Source: Squalus acanthias
Taxonomy: Eukaryota
NCBI GenBank assembly: GCA_030390025.1
Contig: JASTWF010000034.1
Coordinates: 2,604,001-2,668,000 of the forward strand
DNA: 64,000 nt
Direction of reading: 5' to 3'
How positions within the stretch are numbered: the first letter of the stretch is position 1; the number at the start of each line of letters is the position of its first letter. The notes beneath the pieces were generated by a model. It saw only the letters and a program-made list of their open reading frames with translations. It ran no database searches and had not been told where the DNA came from. Shown here piece by piece: positions 11,745-23,029 of this stretch. Both the position numbers and the translations under genes were made by a program.

Positions 11745-14545
11745 ATCACAGAATTGTAGAATCAGAGAAAATTACGGCACAGAAGGAGGCCATTTGGCCC
11801 ATTGTGTCTGCGTGGCCGAAATAGAGCTATCCAGCCTAATCCCAATTTCTAGCTCTTGGTCCTTAGCCCTGTAGGTTACAGCACGCCAAGTGCATATTCA
11901 AGTATGTTTTAAATGTGATGAGGGTTTTTGCGTTTACCACCCTTTCAGGCAGTCAGTTCCAGACCCTCACCGCCGTCTGGGTAAAAACATTTCTCCTCAT
12001 CGCTGCTCTAATCCTTCTACCAATTACTTTAATCTATGCTAAATACCAACAGAAAACGCTGGAAAAACTCAGCAGGCGAGGCAGCATCCGTGGAGTGAGA
12101 AACAGAGTTAACGTTTCAGGTCGAGACCTTTCATCAGAACTGAAAACAGCAGGAAATCAAATAGATTTAAGGCAAGGATAAAGCTGGGAAAAGGGGGAGG
12201 GGAGGGGATGAAAGAACAAAAGGAGAGATTAAGAGACATTAAGAGACATCCACCCTTTTATTTGCCCCCACCCTTTTTTTGCCTCCTAGAAGCTGGCAGC
12301 TGTCCTTCATTCTGCCAGTGCATTTCACACATCTTTCAGCCTTAACCTGTCACATTAACACCACCTCTTGCCTTGAATATCTATTAATGTCTCTTAATCT
12401 CTCCTTTTGTTCTTTCACCCCTCCCCCTTTCCCCAGCTTTATCCCTGCCTTAAATCTATTTGATTTCCTGCTGTTTTCAGTTCTGATGAAAGGTCTCTAC
12501 CTGAAACGTTAACTCTGTTTCTCTCTCCACGGATGCTGCCTCGCCTGTTGAGTTTTTCCAGCGTTTTCTGTTGTTATTTCGGATTTCCAGCATCTGCAGT
12601 ATTTTGCTATCATATCACTTTAATCTATGCTCCTTGTTTATTGATCTCTCCGCGAAGGAAAACAGGTCCTTCCTATCCACTCTATCTAGGCCCTTCATAA
12701 TTTTATACACTTCAATTAAATCCCCCATCAGCCTCCTCTGTTCCAAAGTAAACAACCCCAGGCTATCCAATCTTTCCTCATAGCTAAAATTCTCCAGTCC
12801 TGGCAACATCCTCGTAAATCTCCTCTATAATTTCTGTAATGCAAACACATCTTTCCTGTATTGTGGTGGCCAGAACTGTATGCAGTATTCTAGCTCTGGT
12901 CCAACTATTGTTATATACAGTTCTAGCATGACCTCTCTGCTTTTATATTATATGCCTCGGCTAATAAAGTAAAGTATCCCATATGCCTTCTTAAACACCG
13001 TATCGACATATCCTGATATTTTTGGAGATATGTGGAAATGTACTCCAAGGTCCCTCTGCACTTAGCAGTATCCTACCTTTATTGTGTATTCCCTTTTGCT
13101 TTTAGCCCTCCGCAAGAGCATTATCTGACACTTCTCCGAATTGAAGTCCATTTGTCACTTTTCTGCCCACCTGACCAGTCCATTGATATCTTCATGCAGT
13201 CTACAGCTATCTTCCTCACTATCAACCACACGGCCAATGTTTGTATCATGAGCAAAATTCTTCATCATGGCCCCAACATTGAAGTCTAAATCATTGATAT
13301 GTATCACAAAAAACAGTGTACCTAGCACTGAGCCCTGTGGAACCCCACTGGAAACAGCCTTCCAGTCACAGAAACACCTGTCGACCATTACCCTGTGATT
13401 CCTGCCACTGAGCCAATTTTAGATCCAACTTGCCACTTTTCCTTGGATCCCATGACCAACCTGTCATGTGGGACCTTTTCAAAGGGCTTGCTAATATCTC
13501 TCTGGACTACATTAAATGTACTACCCTCATCGACCCACCTCGTTAGCTTCTCAAAAAATGCAATCAAGTTAGTCATTCACGACCTTCCCTTAACATATCC
13601 ATGCTGATTGACCTTGATTAATCTGTGCCCTTCTAAATGCCGATTGCTACTGTCCCTCAGAATTTTTCCAATATTTTTTCCATCGCTTAGGCTGACTGGC
13701 TGTAATTACTCGGTCTATCCCTTTCGCTAATTTTAAACAATGGTACAACGTCAGCAGTCCTCCTGTCACCTGGCACCGCACCTGAAGCCAGAGAGGATTG
13801 GAAAATGTTGTTCTGAGCCACCGCCTTTTCCCTCCTTGCCTCTCTTAACAGCCTGGTATACATTTCATCTGGGTCTCATGACTTATCTACTTTCAAAGAT
13901 GCTAAACCCCTTAATATTTCCTCATTCACTATGTTTATCTCATCTAATATTTCACACTCCTCTTCTTTAACTTCAATGTCTGCATTGTCTCACTCTTCTG
14001 TGAAGACAGACACAATGTGTTTATTAAGAACCATATCCACGTCTTCCACCTCTACAAACAGATTAACTTTTTAGTCTTTAATATGCCCTACTCTTTCCTT
14101 AGTTATCCTCTTGCTCTTGATGTATGTATAAAACATCTTTAGGTTTTCCTTGATTTTACTTGCCAATATTTTATCAGGCCCTCTCTTTGTTTTCCTAATT
14201 TATTTTTTAATTTCAACCCTGCGCTTTCTATACTTCTCTAGGTATTCTGTAATATTTAGCTCACGGTATCTGACAAAAGCTTCCCTTTTTGTTCCCTTAT
14301 CCAACCCTGTATTCCCCTTGACATCCAGGGGGCTCTAGATTTTAAGTCCCAACCTTTTTCTTTATGGGAATATATTTGCTCTGACCCCTCACTATCTCCT
14401 CGTTGAATGCTTCCCACTGCTCTGACAATGATTTCCCATCAAGTAGCTGCTTCCAGTTCACGTTTGCTAAATCACATCTCAGCTTAGTAAAATTGGTCAT
14501 TCCCAATTGAAAACATTTATCCCTGGTCTTTGTCCTTTTCCATTC
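11745..14545 (-). mobile_element. CR1 LINE (RT and 3' end), decayed and interrupted by a Penelope-derived insertion
   Basis: Minus-strand peptides SGVPQGSVLG, LTNLIAFFE and SYEERLDSLGLFTLEQRRLMGDLIEVYK. Confidence 0.9.
12041..12616. mobile_element. Penelope-like terminal repeat inserted as an inverted pair with a 15-bp TSD
   Basis: Arms of about 200 bp (12044-12250 and 12380-12575) are reverse complements. ACTTTAATCTATGCT is duplicated at 12026-12040 and 12617-12631. The paralogous site near 43780 is empty. Confidence 0.8.
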
Positions 14546-14895
14546 GGGGAGATTTAATATAGATGTTCAAAATTATGATGGGTTTTGATAGAGTTTCCAG
14601 AGCCAGAATGGTGGGTAACTAGAGGAAACATATTTAAATTGGCAAAAGAAACAGAGGAGAGATGAGGAGAATTTCATTACGCAGTGAGTTGTTATGATCT
14701 GCAATTCACTGTCTGGGAACGTGGTGGAAGCAGATTCAACAGTAACTTTCGAAAGGGAATGGGATAATTAGATGAAGGAGACATTTTCACAGGGCTCTGA
14801 TTAAAGTACAGGACTAAATTGATAACTCTTTCAAAGAGACGGCATGGACATGATGGGCTGAATAGCCTCTGTCTGTGCTGTACCGTTCTATGAGC
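14545..14895 (+). mobile_element. CR1 3' end fragment
   Basis: GDLI..FKIM.GFDRV coding remnant, then the 3' UTR GGGCTGAATAGCCTC..CTGTGCTGTA and a TTCTATG tail. Confidence 0.8.
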
Positions 14896-15074
14896 AAGAG
14901 ACAGAGAGAGAGAAAAGGGGGAGAGAGAGAAAGGGAGAAAGAGAGAAAAAAACCGAAAGACAGGGAGAGGTTAAGAGGGGAATAAATTAATTTTGAAAGG
15001 GCAATTGGATAGATACCTGAAGGGGAACAATTTGCAGGACTATGGGAAAAGAGCAGGGGAATGCGACTAATTGC

Positions 15075-15500
15075 AGGGTTGAGGCCACGGTGGAATTTGA
15101 ACATAAGGATGAGATTATTAAAATCGAGGTGTTGCTGGATCGGGAGCCAATGTAGGTCAGTGATTCAGGAGTGAAGGGTGAACGGGACTTTTGCGTGTTT
15201 GGGTATGTGCAGCAGAGTTTTGGATGAGCTCTACTTTATGGAGGCTTGTAACTGGGTGGCCGGCCAGGAAAACATTGGAATAATCGAGTCTGAATTTAAT
15301 AAAGGCACGGATGGGGGTTTTCGCAGCGGTAGGGCTGAGGTGGAGCGGACACGCGTGATATTTTGGAGGTAATAGTAGACAGGACTGGTGATTCAGAGGA
15401 TCTGAGGTCGGAACTCAGCTCAGGGACAAAGAGATCGCAGAGCTTGCAAACAGTCTGGTTCAGTCTCAGACTTTGGCCAGGGAGGGGGACTGAATCGGTA
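15075..15500 (-). mobile_element. L2 LINE fragment
   Basis: The reverse complement encodes RLNQTVCKL..F.PELS and LHWLPIQQHLDF-like L2 motifs; paralogous to 47180-47470. Confidence 0.7.
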
Positions 15501-15822
15501 GAGAACGAAGATTGTGACGAGGAGCAAGGATATTGGCTTTGTTCTTCCCAAGATTTAAATGACAAAAACAGTAATACAGTGAAACGTGGTTTACAGATCT
15601 AATAGCTGGATGTAGAGTCTTACCAGGAACACCAACAGGACCAAGGATGAGAGAGTAACTTATATGAACAGTAATACGGTTACAAAAGTTTGCAGAGTTA
15701 ATAGCTGGATACAGAGACTTAGTTCGAACAACAAACGCAACAAGGACGGAAGAGTAAATGACAAGAACAGTAAAGCAGTAAAACATGGTTTATAGAATTA
15801 ATAGCTGGATAGATAGACTTAC

Positions 15823-16003
15823 CAGGAACACCTACAGCAGCAAGCAGGGGATAGTAAATGTACTGAATAATCAGAAGTGCGTAATAGATCCGACTCTGTA
15901 ATGATAAACTATCATAATAGGCAGAAAGATAGTCAAACTGCCAGGAGAAACTCCTGCCCATTGTTGTAACATTCCAATCAACTGTTTTCAGATTCCAATC
16001 CAT
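15823..16003 (-). CDS. Exon 1 (N-terminus and TM1 start) of GPR139/GPR142-like orphan GPCR, paralog A; exon 2 predicted beyond the window start
   Basis: ATG at 16003 (second ATG at 15961). Encodes MDWNLKTVDWNVTTMGRSFSWQFDYLSAYYDSLSLQSRIYYALLIIQYIYYPLLAAVGVP and ends at the phase-1 donor G|GTAAGT. It is 181 nt, the same length as paralog B exon 1. Confidence 0.8.
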
Positions 16004-16119
16004 TGTTGCAGCATTCCAATCTACAGTACTCAGATTCCGACTCCCTCTCGGTGGAGCAGCGCGCTGATCCCTGTTAGTGCCGGAGGTGATGCTCTCACTG
16101 ACACTATGGGATAACACAT

Positions 16120-16285
16120 TGAAAGGAGTCCCTTATTAATAGAAGAGGGAAAGCCTGCACTGGCACAATTACAGTCCATGGAGACTGACATTATTTGCAG
16201 TCACTGAACAAACAGCTTCAGTTAACCCGTGGAGACTGGCATTAATTACAGTCACTGAAAAGACAGCTTCAGTTAACCCCTTTCA
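16120..16285 (-). promoter_or_regulatory. Putative proximal promoter of GPCR A: TATA-like TATTAATA plus a duplicated unit of about 50 bp
   Basis: TATTAATA lies about 130 bp upstream of the ATG. There are two copies of GGAGACTG.CATTA.TT.CAGTCACTGAA.A.ACAGCTTCAGTTAACCC, highly conserved with 48000-48160. Confidence 0.5.
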
Positions 16286-16324
16286 ATCCAGCACTTTTTG
16301 TACCACAGTAAAGTAGAATATTTA

Positions 16325-18155
16325 CCCGGTCTGGATGGGATGTATGAGGGTTGCGGAGTGAAGGAATGTTGGAAATAGCACAGGCTCTGGCCAGAATCTT
16401 TCAATCCTCCTTGGATATGGGAGTGGTGCCGGAGGACACTCTGTTTAGAAGAGGAGAGAGTGATAAACCCCGTAACTGCAGGCCAGTCAGCCTAATGTCG
16501 TCGGTGGGGAAAATTCTGGACGACATAATCCGGGACAAAATTATCTGTCATTTGGAAAAACATGGATGAATAAATGACAACCAGCACAGACAGTTTTAAA
16601 GTCAACGTCTGTCTGACAAACCTGATTAATTTTTTTTTGAGGAGGTATCATGGAGGGTAGATGAGGGTAGTGCGTTTGAAGTAGTATATATGGACTTTGG
16701 CAAGGCTTTTGATAAGGTTCCACATGGCAGAATGGTCACGAAGTTAAAAGCCCATGGGATCCAGGGCAAAGTGTCAAGGTGGATTCAAAACTGGCTCGGA
16801 GACATGAAGCAGAGGGTGATGGTTGATGGGTCTTTTTGTAACTGGAAGGCTGTTTCCAGTGGGGTTCCGCAGGGCTCAGTCCTAGTTCATTTGCTTTTTG
16901 TGGTATGTATCTACGATCTAGACTTGAATATAGGGGGTATGATTAAGAAGTTTGCAGATGATACTAAAATCGCCTGTGTGGTTTATATTGAAGAAGGAAG
17001 CTGTAGACTGAAGGAAGATATCAATAAATTGGTCAGGTGGGCAGAACAGTGGCAAATGGAATTCAATCCGGAGAAGTGTGAGGTAATGCATTTGGGGAGG
17101 GCTAACAAGTAAAGGGAATATGCATTAAATGGTAGGACACTGAGTAGTGTAGAGGAACAAAGGGACCTTGGAGTGCATGTCCTCAGATCCCTGAAGGTAG
17201 CAGTCCAGGTCGATAAGGTGGTTAAGAAGGCATACGGAATGATTGCCTGTATTAGCCGTGGCACAGAATACAAGAGCAGGGGGGTTATGCCTCAATTGTA
17301 TAAAAACACTAGTTAGGCCTCAGCTAGAGTACTGCGTGCAGTTCTGGTCACCACATTACAGGAAAGATTTGATTGCACGATAGAGGATACAGAGGAGATT
17401 TACAAGGATGTTGCCAGGAGCAGAGAATCTTAGCCATGAGGAAAGACTGGATAGGCTTGGTCTGTTTTCCTTGGAACAGAGGAGGCTGAGGGGAGACTTT
17501 ATTGAGGTGTATAAAATTATGAGGGGCTTAGAAAGACCCATTTTCCCTTAGCAGTGGGGTCAGATAGCAGGGGGCACAGATTTATAGTAATTGATAGAAG
17601 ATTTAGAGGGGATTTGAGGGGACATTTCTTCAGCCAGAAAGTTCACAGAATCCCCACAATGCAGATAGAGGCCATTTCGGCCCATCGAACCTGCACCGAC
17701 ACATATCCCACCCTATCCCCATAACCCCACGTATTTAATCCCCCTAACACTAAGGGTCAATTTATCATAGCCAAATCAACCTAACCCGCACATCTTTGGA
17801 CTGTGGGAGGAAACCCACGCAGACACGGGGAGAATATGCAAACTCCACACAGGCAGTCACCCGAGGCCGGATTCGAACCCGGGTCCCTGGTGCTGTGAGG
17901 TAACAATGCTAACCACTATGCCACCATGTTGCCTTTGTTGGGGTCTGGAACTCACTGCCTGAAAGGGTGGTAGAGTCAGGAACCTAACCACATTTAAAAA
18001 GTACTTGGATGTGCACTTAGGATGCTCTAACCTGCAGGGCTACGGAGCAAGAGCTGGGAAGTGGGGTTAGGCTGGATAGCTCTTTGTTGGCCGGCGCGGA
18101 CACGATGGGCCAAAATGGCCTCCTTCCGTGCTGTCACTTTCTATGATTCTATGAT
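16325..18155 (+). mobile_element. CR1 LINE RT and 3' end, interrupted by a V-SINE
   Basis: ORF 16690-17112 reads MDFGKAFDKVPH...SGVPQGSVL...KFADDTK, followed by a (CTATGATT)n tail. Confidence 0.92.
17643..17933 (-). mobile_element. V-SINE (HE1-like, elasmobranch)
   Basis: tRNA-like head GGTGGCATAGTGGTTAGCA...GGTTCGAATCC, V-domain GTGTGGAGTTTGCATATTCTCCCCGTGTCTGCGTGGGTTTCCTCC and a CR1-like tail. Confidence 0.88.
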
Positions 18156-19205
18156 TGAGTTCTTTGATGAAGTAACGGAGAGGATAGATGATCATAGTTC
18201 GGTTGATTTTTGCTATCGTAATAGTTCGGTTGATGTTGTGTATGTGGACTTTCAAAAGGTATTTGATTAAGTGCCACTTAATAAACTTGATAGGGAAACT
18301 GAAACGCATGGATGACAGGGGACAGTGGCTACTTGGAAACGACATTAGCTGTGGGACAGATAACAGAGAGTAGTGGTGAACGGTTGTTTTTCAGAGAGAA
18401 GGGAAGTATACAGTGGTGCAACCCAGGGGTCAATATTAGGGCCAGTGCTCTTTTTTATAGACATTAATGGCCTGGACTTAAGTCTAAAGGCATAAATTCA
18501 AAGTTTGGAGAAACGGAACTATTAAATGTAGTAAACAGAGAGGAGAGTAGCAGACTTCAGGAGCACATAGACAGAATGGTGAAATGGGCAGAAACATAAA
18601 AGAAAGAAAGGCTTGCATTTATTTAGCGCCTTTCACGGCCACCGCAATTCTCAAAGCGCTTTAATGCCAATGAAGTATTTTGGAGTCTAGTAATGTGGGA
18701 AACACGGCGTCCATATTGCGCACAGCAAGCTCCCACGAACAGCAATGTGATAATGACCAGATAATCTGGGTTTTTTTGTTATGCTGATTGAGCAATAAAT
18801 ATTGGCCACGACAACGGGGATAACTCCCCAAATCTAATTCGAAATAGTGCTATGGGATCTTTAACGTTCATCTGAGAGAGCAGACGGGGCCTCGGTGTAA
18901 CATCTCATCCGAAATATGCCAAGTCCGACAGTGCCGTACTCCCTCAGCACTGCATGGAGTTTCAGCCTACATTTACGTGCTCAAGTCCCTGGAGAGGGAT
19001 TTGACCCCACAACCTTCTGACTCAAAGGTGAGTGTGCTACACACTGAGCCACAGCTGACACATGGCAGACAAAATTTAACACAGATAAATGTGAAGTGAT
19101 ACACTTTGGGAGGAAAAATGAGGAGAGGCAATATAAACTAAATGGTACAACTTTAAATGGAGTGCAGGTACAGAGAGACCTGGGAGTTTATGTGCATAAG
19201 GTTTT
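18150..19205 (+). mobile_element. Second CR1 RT fragment, interrupted by a DeuSINE
   Basis: IEFFDEVTER..VDVVYVDFQKVFD and KCEVIHFGRKNEERQYKLNG; paralogous to 48520-49085. Confidence 0.85.
18597..19058 (-). mobile_element. DeuSINE (SacSINE1-like)
   Basis: tRNA-like head GTCAGCTGTGGCTCAGTG..GCAC.CTC.CCT.TGAGTCAGAAGGTTGTGGG, Deu-domain-like core TTTCGGATGAGATGTTACACCGAGGCCCCGTCTGC, and an L2-type tail ending in (TTTC)n. Absent from the paralog at 48930. Confidence 0.82.
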
Positions 19206-19209
19206 GAAA

Positions 19210-21950
19210 TATCTGGAGTGTCCGAGAATCTGGAGGTGGGAGACGGAGAGCGTCGGACATCTCAGCAACCTGGCGACAGAATTACACATTATACAGCTAT
19301 ATGGCATACATCAGTCACTCATATGGTCAATGATGTTAGCAGCCAATGAATGGTCATCCTGTGCATAATGATATCTGTACCCATTCTTCATGGGACATAT
19401 CTAACTTATATCTTCACTCTCCCACAGGTTTATCAAGAGCTCCCCCCTGCACTGTCCAGGAGGAAGAGGAAGACGACTCCTCAGAGTAGCCTCCAGCCTC
19501 TGAGGGTGCACCGTCACCAGACATAAATGCACCCAGCACAAGGGCAGATACGCACATCTCGGTGGGTCCAACACGAGATAGAGTAGTGTTGTCACCTGGT
19601 GTCTCACAACTCACAAGTGTGCAAGTGCAGATGGTGGAGAGAGGGAGAGCAGTGGAGACCCCTCGCCGGAGGGTGCAGGACGCACTCAGCTCTGCTCAGC
19701 TCCATGCAGCCGCTGAGCCTCGGGGGCCATCCAGAAAGAGGGCGATCCTGGAGGTGCAGCAAGAAGTGCAGGGTGGCTCTGACAGGTTTTGCGAGCGCGA
19801 TGTCTGCAAATGTTCAGAGAATGGAGGAGTCCATCTTCAACATGGGCACCACCGTGTCGCAGGCGCTGGCGACTGTAGGGTCCTCCTTAGATAGGTTGGG
19901 CAGCTACATGGAGCAGCGAATGCGCCACTCGCCACATGGGTGTAAAAATTAGGTCGTCTGGACGCAAATATTAGCGCCTGGCGCTAATTATCGGCACTGA
20001 CTGGAAACTTCACTTTTACCGCCCCGGGAGGTGAGTGGAGCGCTAAATCAGGCGCTGCACACCTGTCTTAAGGCGCAAAGGCCAAGGAGTGAGGCGCTAA
20101 CTCAGAGCGCTGGCGAAGCTCATGTAATGTCATTCAGCAATGGAACACACACACAATGGCACGGGCCAGTTCTTAAAGGGGATGGTTAATCTTGCTTTCT
20201 ATCCACATCCTGTTCATTGCAGCCTTGAATCTCGGCCTGGAGAGATTGCACATCAATTGTGCTGGAAAGAACAATGGAGAGTACCAGGCAAAGAGCTCAG
20301 AGTGCAGCTCCCACAGTCTCTGCTAAATCGATACAAGGAATGGCAAATCAAAATGAACCTGCAAAGTGCTGCTCAGTACCCAAAACTCCTTCACACAACG
20401 TTGAATCTCTCCAGAAGTCTCTCCCTCTCTCTCTCAGAATGCGTAGTTCAAAAATGCCACCAACAATAAAAGACAGGAAGAGGCCCCCTTTAAATAGCGC
20501 CCCCCCCCCCCAGCCCCACAGCGATTGATAGCGTTCCAGTCTTCTGGTCGTTGGATGCGCCAGGCGGTAAGGCAGGGGGCGTCACTCAATTTCCGCTCCA
20601 GGGCGCCACAAGGGCGTTGCACCATGGAATGACGTCACAATCTGCGCGCCCAGGTGGTCGCAGCGGTAAGTTTTAGCGCCGCCGCACAATCTCAAGTTAA
20701 GTTCCCGAGCGGCGCAAACATCGCTGCGCCCGGGCGTTAGCGGCTTTGCGCCCCATTAGCGCCCTCTTAAGGCGCTAACGGGAGGCGCAACCAACTGAAT
20801 TTTTACCCCATGATCTTTATGGAGGGTAGGTGGCTATGTATAGAGAATAGATGGCAGAGGCTGATGGACCTCCTCTCTAGGAGGGATGTCAGCTTAGACG
20901 TGGGTCCTAATGTCCTCACTGCTGTGCAACAAGGTGCTCTCCACCTCCTTGGCAGCAGGGAAGTGAGCAGGCTGCCTCTACCTCTGCTGAAACCACAGGC
21001 GAGCACCTCGTAGAAGCAGGCGAAGAAGAAATATGGCACACAAGTATATTCACATGGGTAGCTATTTGAGTGTTTTATCGAATGTTTATGTAAGGTTTTT
21101 GTTAATGTGTTGTCAAACATAACAACTGCTATTTTCAAAACTTTCCGGTCCTGGACATATTTATGTACACATTTGCAAGTGGCTTAGGGAGTTGCAGTGA
21201 ATGCTGAGACATAACGATACCTCCAGCGATGGTGGTGAGTGTGAAAGTTATGCCTTGGTCATTGCAGGAGTGCTTTATGGTGTTGCTGTGGGGTGGAACC
21301 AACATGGAGCATCATGTTGCCGCCATATGGGTGAGCAGCATCAAGTGAAGTAAATCTGGCCATGGTGAGGCCATCCATGATCTCTCAGGCAGCAATGTGC
21401 TCGGCTGCTGATGCGCTCTGTTCTCTGCAGCATCAGGTGATTGCAGAGAAGGTTGGTGGTGATCTTGTTGCTGCTGCTGGTGTGACTGGTGCTGCTGGTG
21501 TGACTGGTGCTGCTGGTGTTGGGGCTCATAGTGTTCAGATTCTCAGGACCAAGGTGAAACAATATAAACGGCATCTATGCTGATGGAATAGATGGCAGGT
21601 GAAGTAGAGATGACAGAAGCAATCTGTCAATGGTGAGAGAGGTTATTTGATTAGTTGACGCTGGATGAAGACTTTGCTGGAAAGACTGCAGCCTGCAGAA
21701 TCTGTGCTGGGAATGCAGTGAGAAACAGTTTCTGCTGAGGAAAGTGATCATCTGTCAGGTGGGAGTTTTTATTGTTCATTTGATGCTGTCAAGTAATCAG
21801 CTGGTGCAATGGCCACTGAACTCCTGCCTCAGGTTGACAGGCGTGGATTCCGAGCAGCGTGTTCCCTATGGCCATCCAGTTAAATTAAATAAATTAGGTT
21901 AAAACCACTCTTAAATGTCTGAAAACAAGCTACTAGTAATGACAGCCCTA
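19210..21950. mobile_element. Probable decayed PIF/Harbinger-type DNA transposon (Myb/SANT-like ORF remnant on plus, Q/H-rich ORF end on minus)
   Basis: Acidic and coiled-coil peptide remnants (EEEEDDSSE; MSANVQRMEESIFNMGTTVSQAL) and a convergent Q/H-rich remnant. No catalytic motif is visible, so the assignment rests on resemblance. Confidence 0.4.
19939..20809 (+). mobile_element. Non-autonomous TIR element (Harbinger-like MITE), about 870 bp, 3-bp TSD ATG
   Basis: TIRs GGTGTAAAAATT...AATTTTTACCCC flanked by ATG/ATG; near-identical to 44929-45821. Confidence 0.85.
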
Positions 21951-22258
21951 CGGCAGCTGTCTCTCATTCAGCCTGCATTTCACACTTCACCTTTTGTTTC
22001 TTAACCTGTCCCATTACCATCTCGTCTTGCCTTGAGCATCTGTTAATGTCTCTACTTGCCATAGTTATTCCACCCCCCAGCCTCCCATTTGCTTTGTTAT
22101 CTGTTTCATTTTCTGCTTTTTTCTCAGTTCTGACGAAGGGTTTCGACCTGAAACGTTAACTCTGTTTCTCTCTGCACGGATGTTGCCTGGCCTGCTGAGT
22201 TTTTCCAGCGTTTTCTGTTGTTGTTTCAATTTTCCAGCATCCGCAGTATTTTGCTATC
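21950..22258 (+). mobile_element. Penelope-like terminal repeat fragment
   Basis: Same sequence as 12300-12610, including TTCTGACGAAGGGTTTCGACCTGAAACGTTAACTCTG. Confidence 0.75.
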
Positions 22259-23029
22259 GCACTAATAATGTAAATTGGGTCGCCCACCTCTGCCGGTCAG
22301 GTCGAGTCTGCGCCGATAGACGCACCTGGGGGAAAGGCATGTATGAGCGGGGTGACAGCGGGTACCCGAACGATCCCAGAAATAACAAATTTCCCATCCA
22401 ACCCGCCTCCGATCGCGCCCGCTAACACCCCAGAAAATTCCGGCCGTGGCCTTGGAGTCCGGAAAGGCGCTTCCAAACAGTTGCACACGACTGCTCCGTG
22501 CAACACCCTGCACCCCAGATCCCCCGTGGTGTAGGAAAGGACTCCCACGGAGAGAGCCCTACATTGGGGACACCCGCCTCCGCCAGTCGGCAAGATGACC
22601 CGTCAGTCCGATTCAGATAGGGCAATAAACTAAATTAATAAATAAATCGTCCAGAAACCTGAGTGCCCGGGTACTCAGCCCTGGGGCGAAGCACTCTGGC
22701 CGCCACTTTTTCCGTAACTAACTCGCACCTCAGGCCCCGCCCAGTCTGGTTTAATTCTCAATGTTTTCTACTGTGTTTTCCAACTGGCCTTCTGGCCTGT
22801 CATTCTGCGGGAGACTTACGAGGCCTCATTTTCCTGTGTGTCCGACGAAAGCGGCAGTTGATGGCAACAAGCTTTAATTTAAGGGAGAAAGAGGTGAAAA
22901 ATTCCAGTAATAATGCCTCAAGCACATGGGATAGAGAAATCCACTTCACCAGCCCCCCTGCCACAGGACTCAATATCCATCCGCTCCAGCACTGGTGCAC
23001 TGTGTCTGCAGTATGTGAGGTCTACAAGG

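Larger units (their letters stand above)
9250..19200. other. Segmental duplication copy A (paralog of 41160-49085), carrying GPCR exon 1 and the proximal intron
   Basis: Colinear homology by eye: 9380 vs 41400 (CAGGGGACCATGGATTTTGGATCC), L2 piece 9807 vs 42290, CR1 10840 vs 42600, exon 1 15823 vs 47700, promoter 16140 vs 48020, CR1 19100 vs 48980. Confidence 0.93.

Noticed and set aside
17860..17933. tRNA gene (also 19000-19058 and 55929-55946)
   Set aside because: These are SINE tRNA-derived heads and an 18-nt PBS, not complete cloverleaves.
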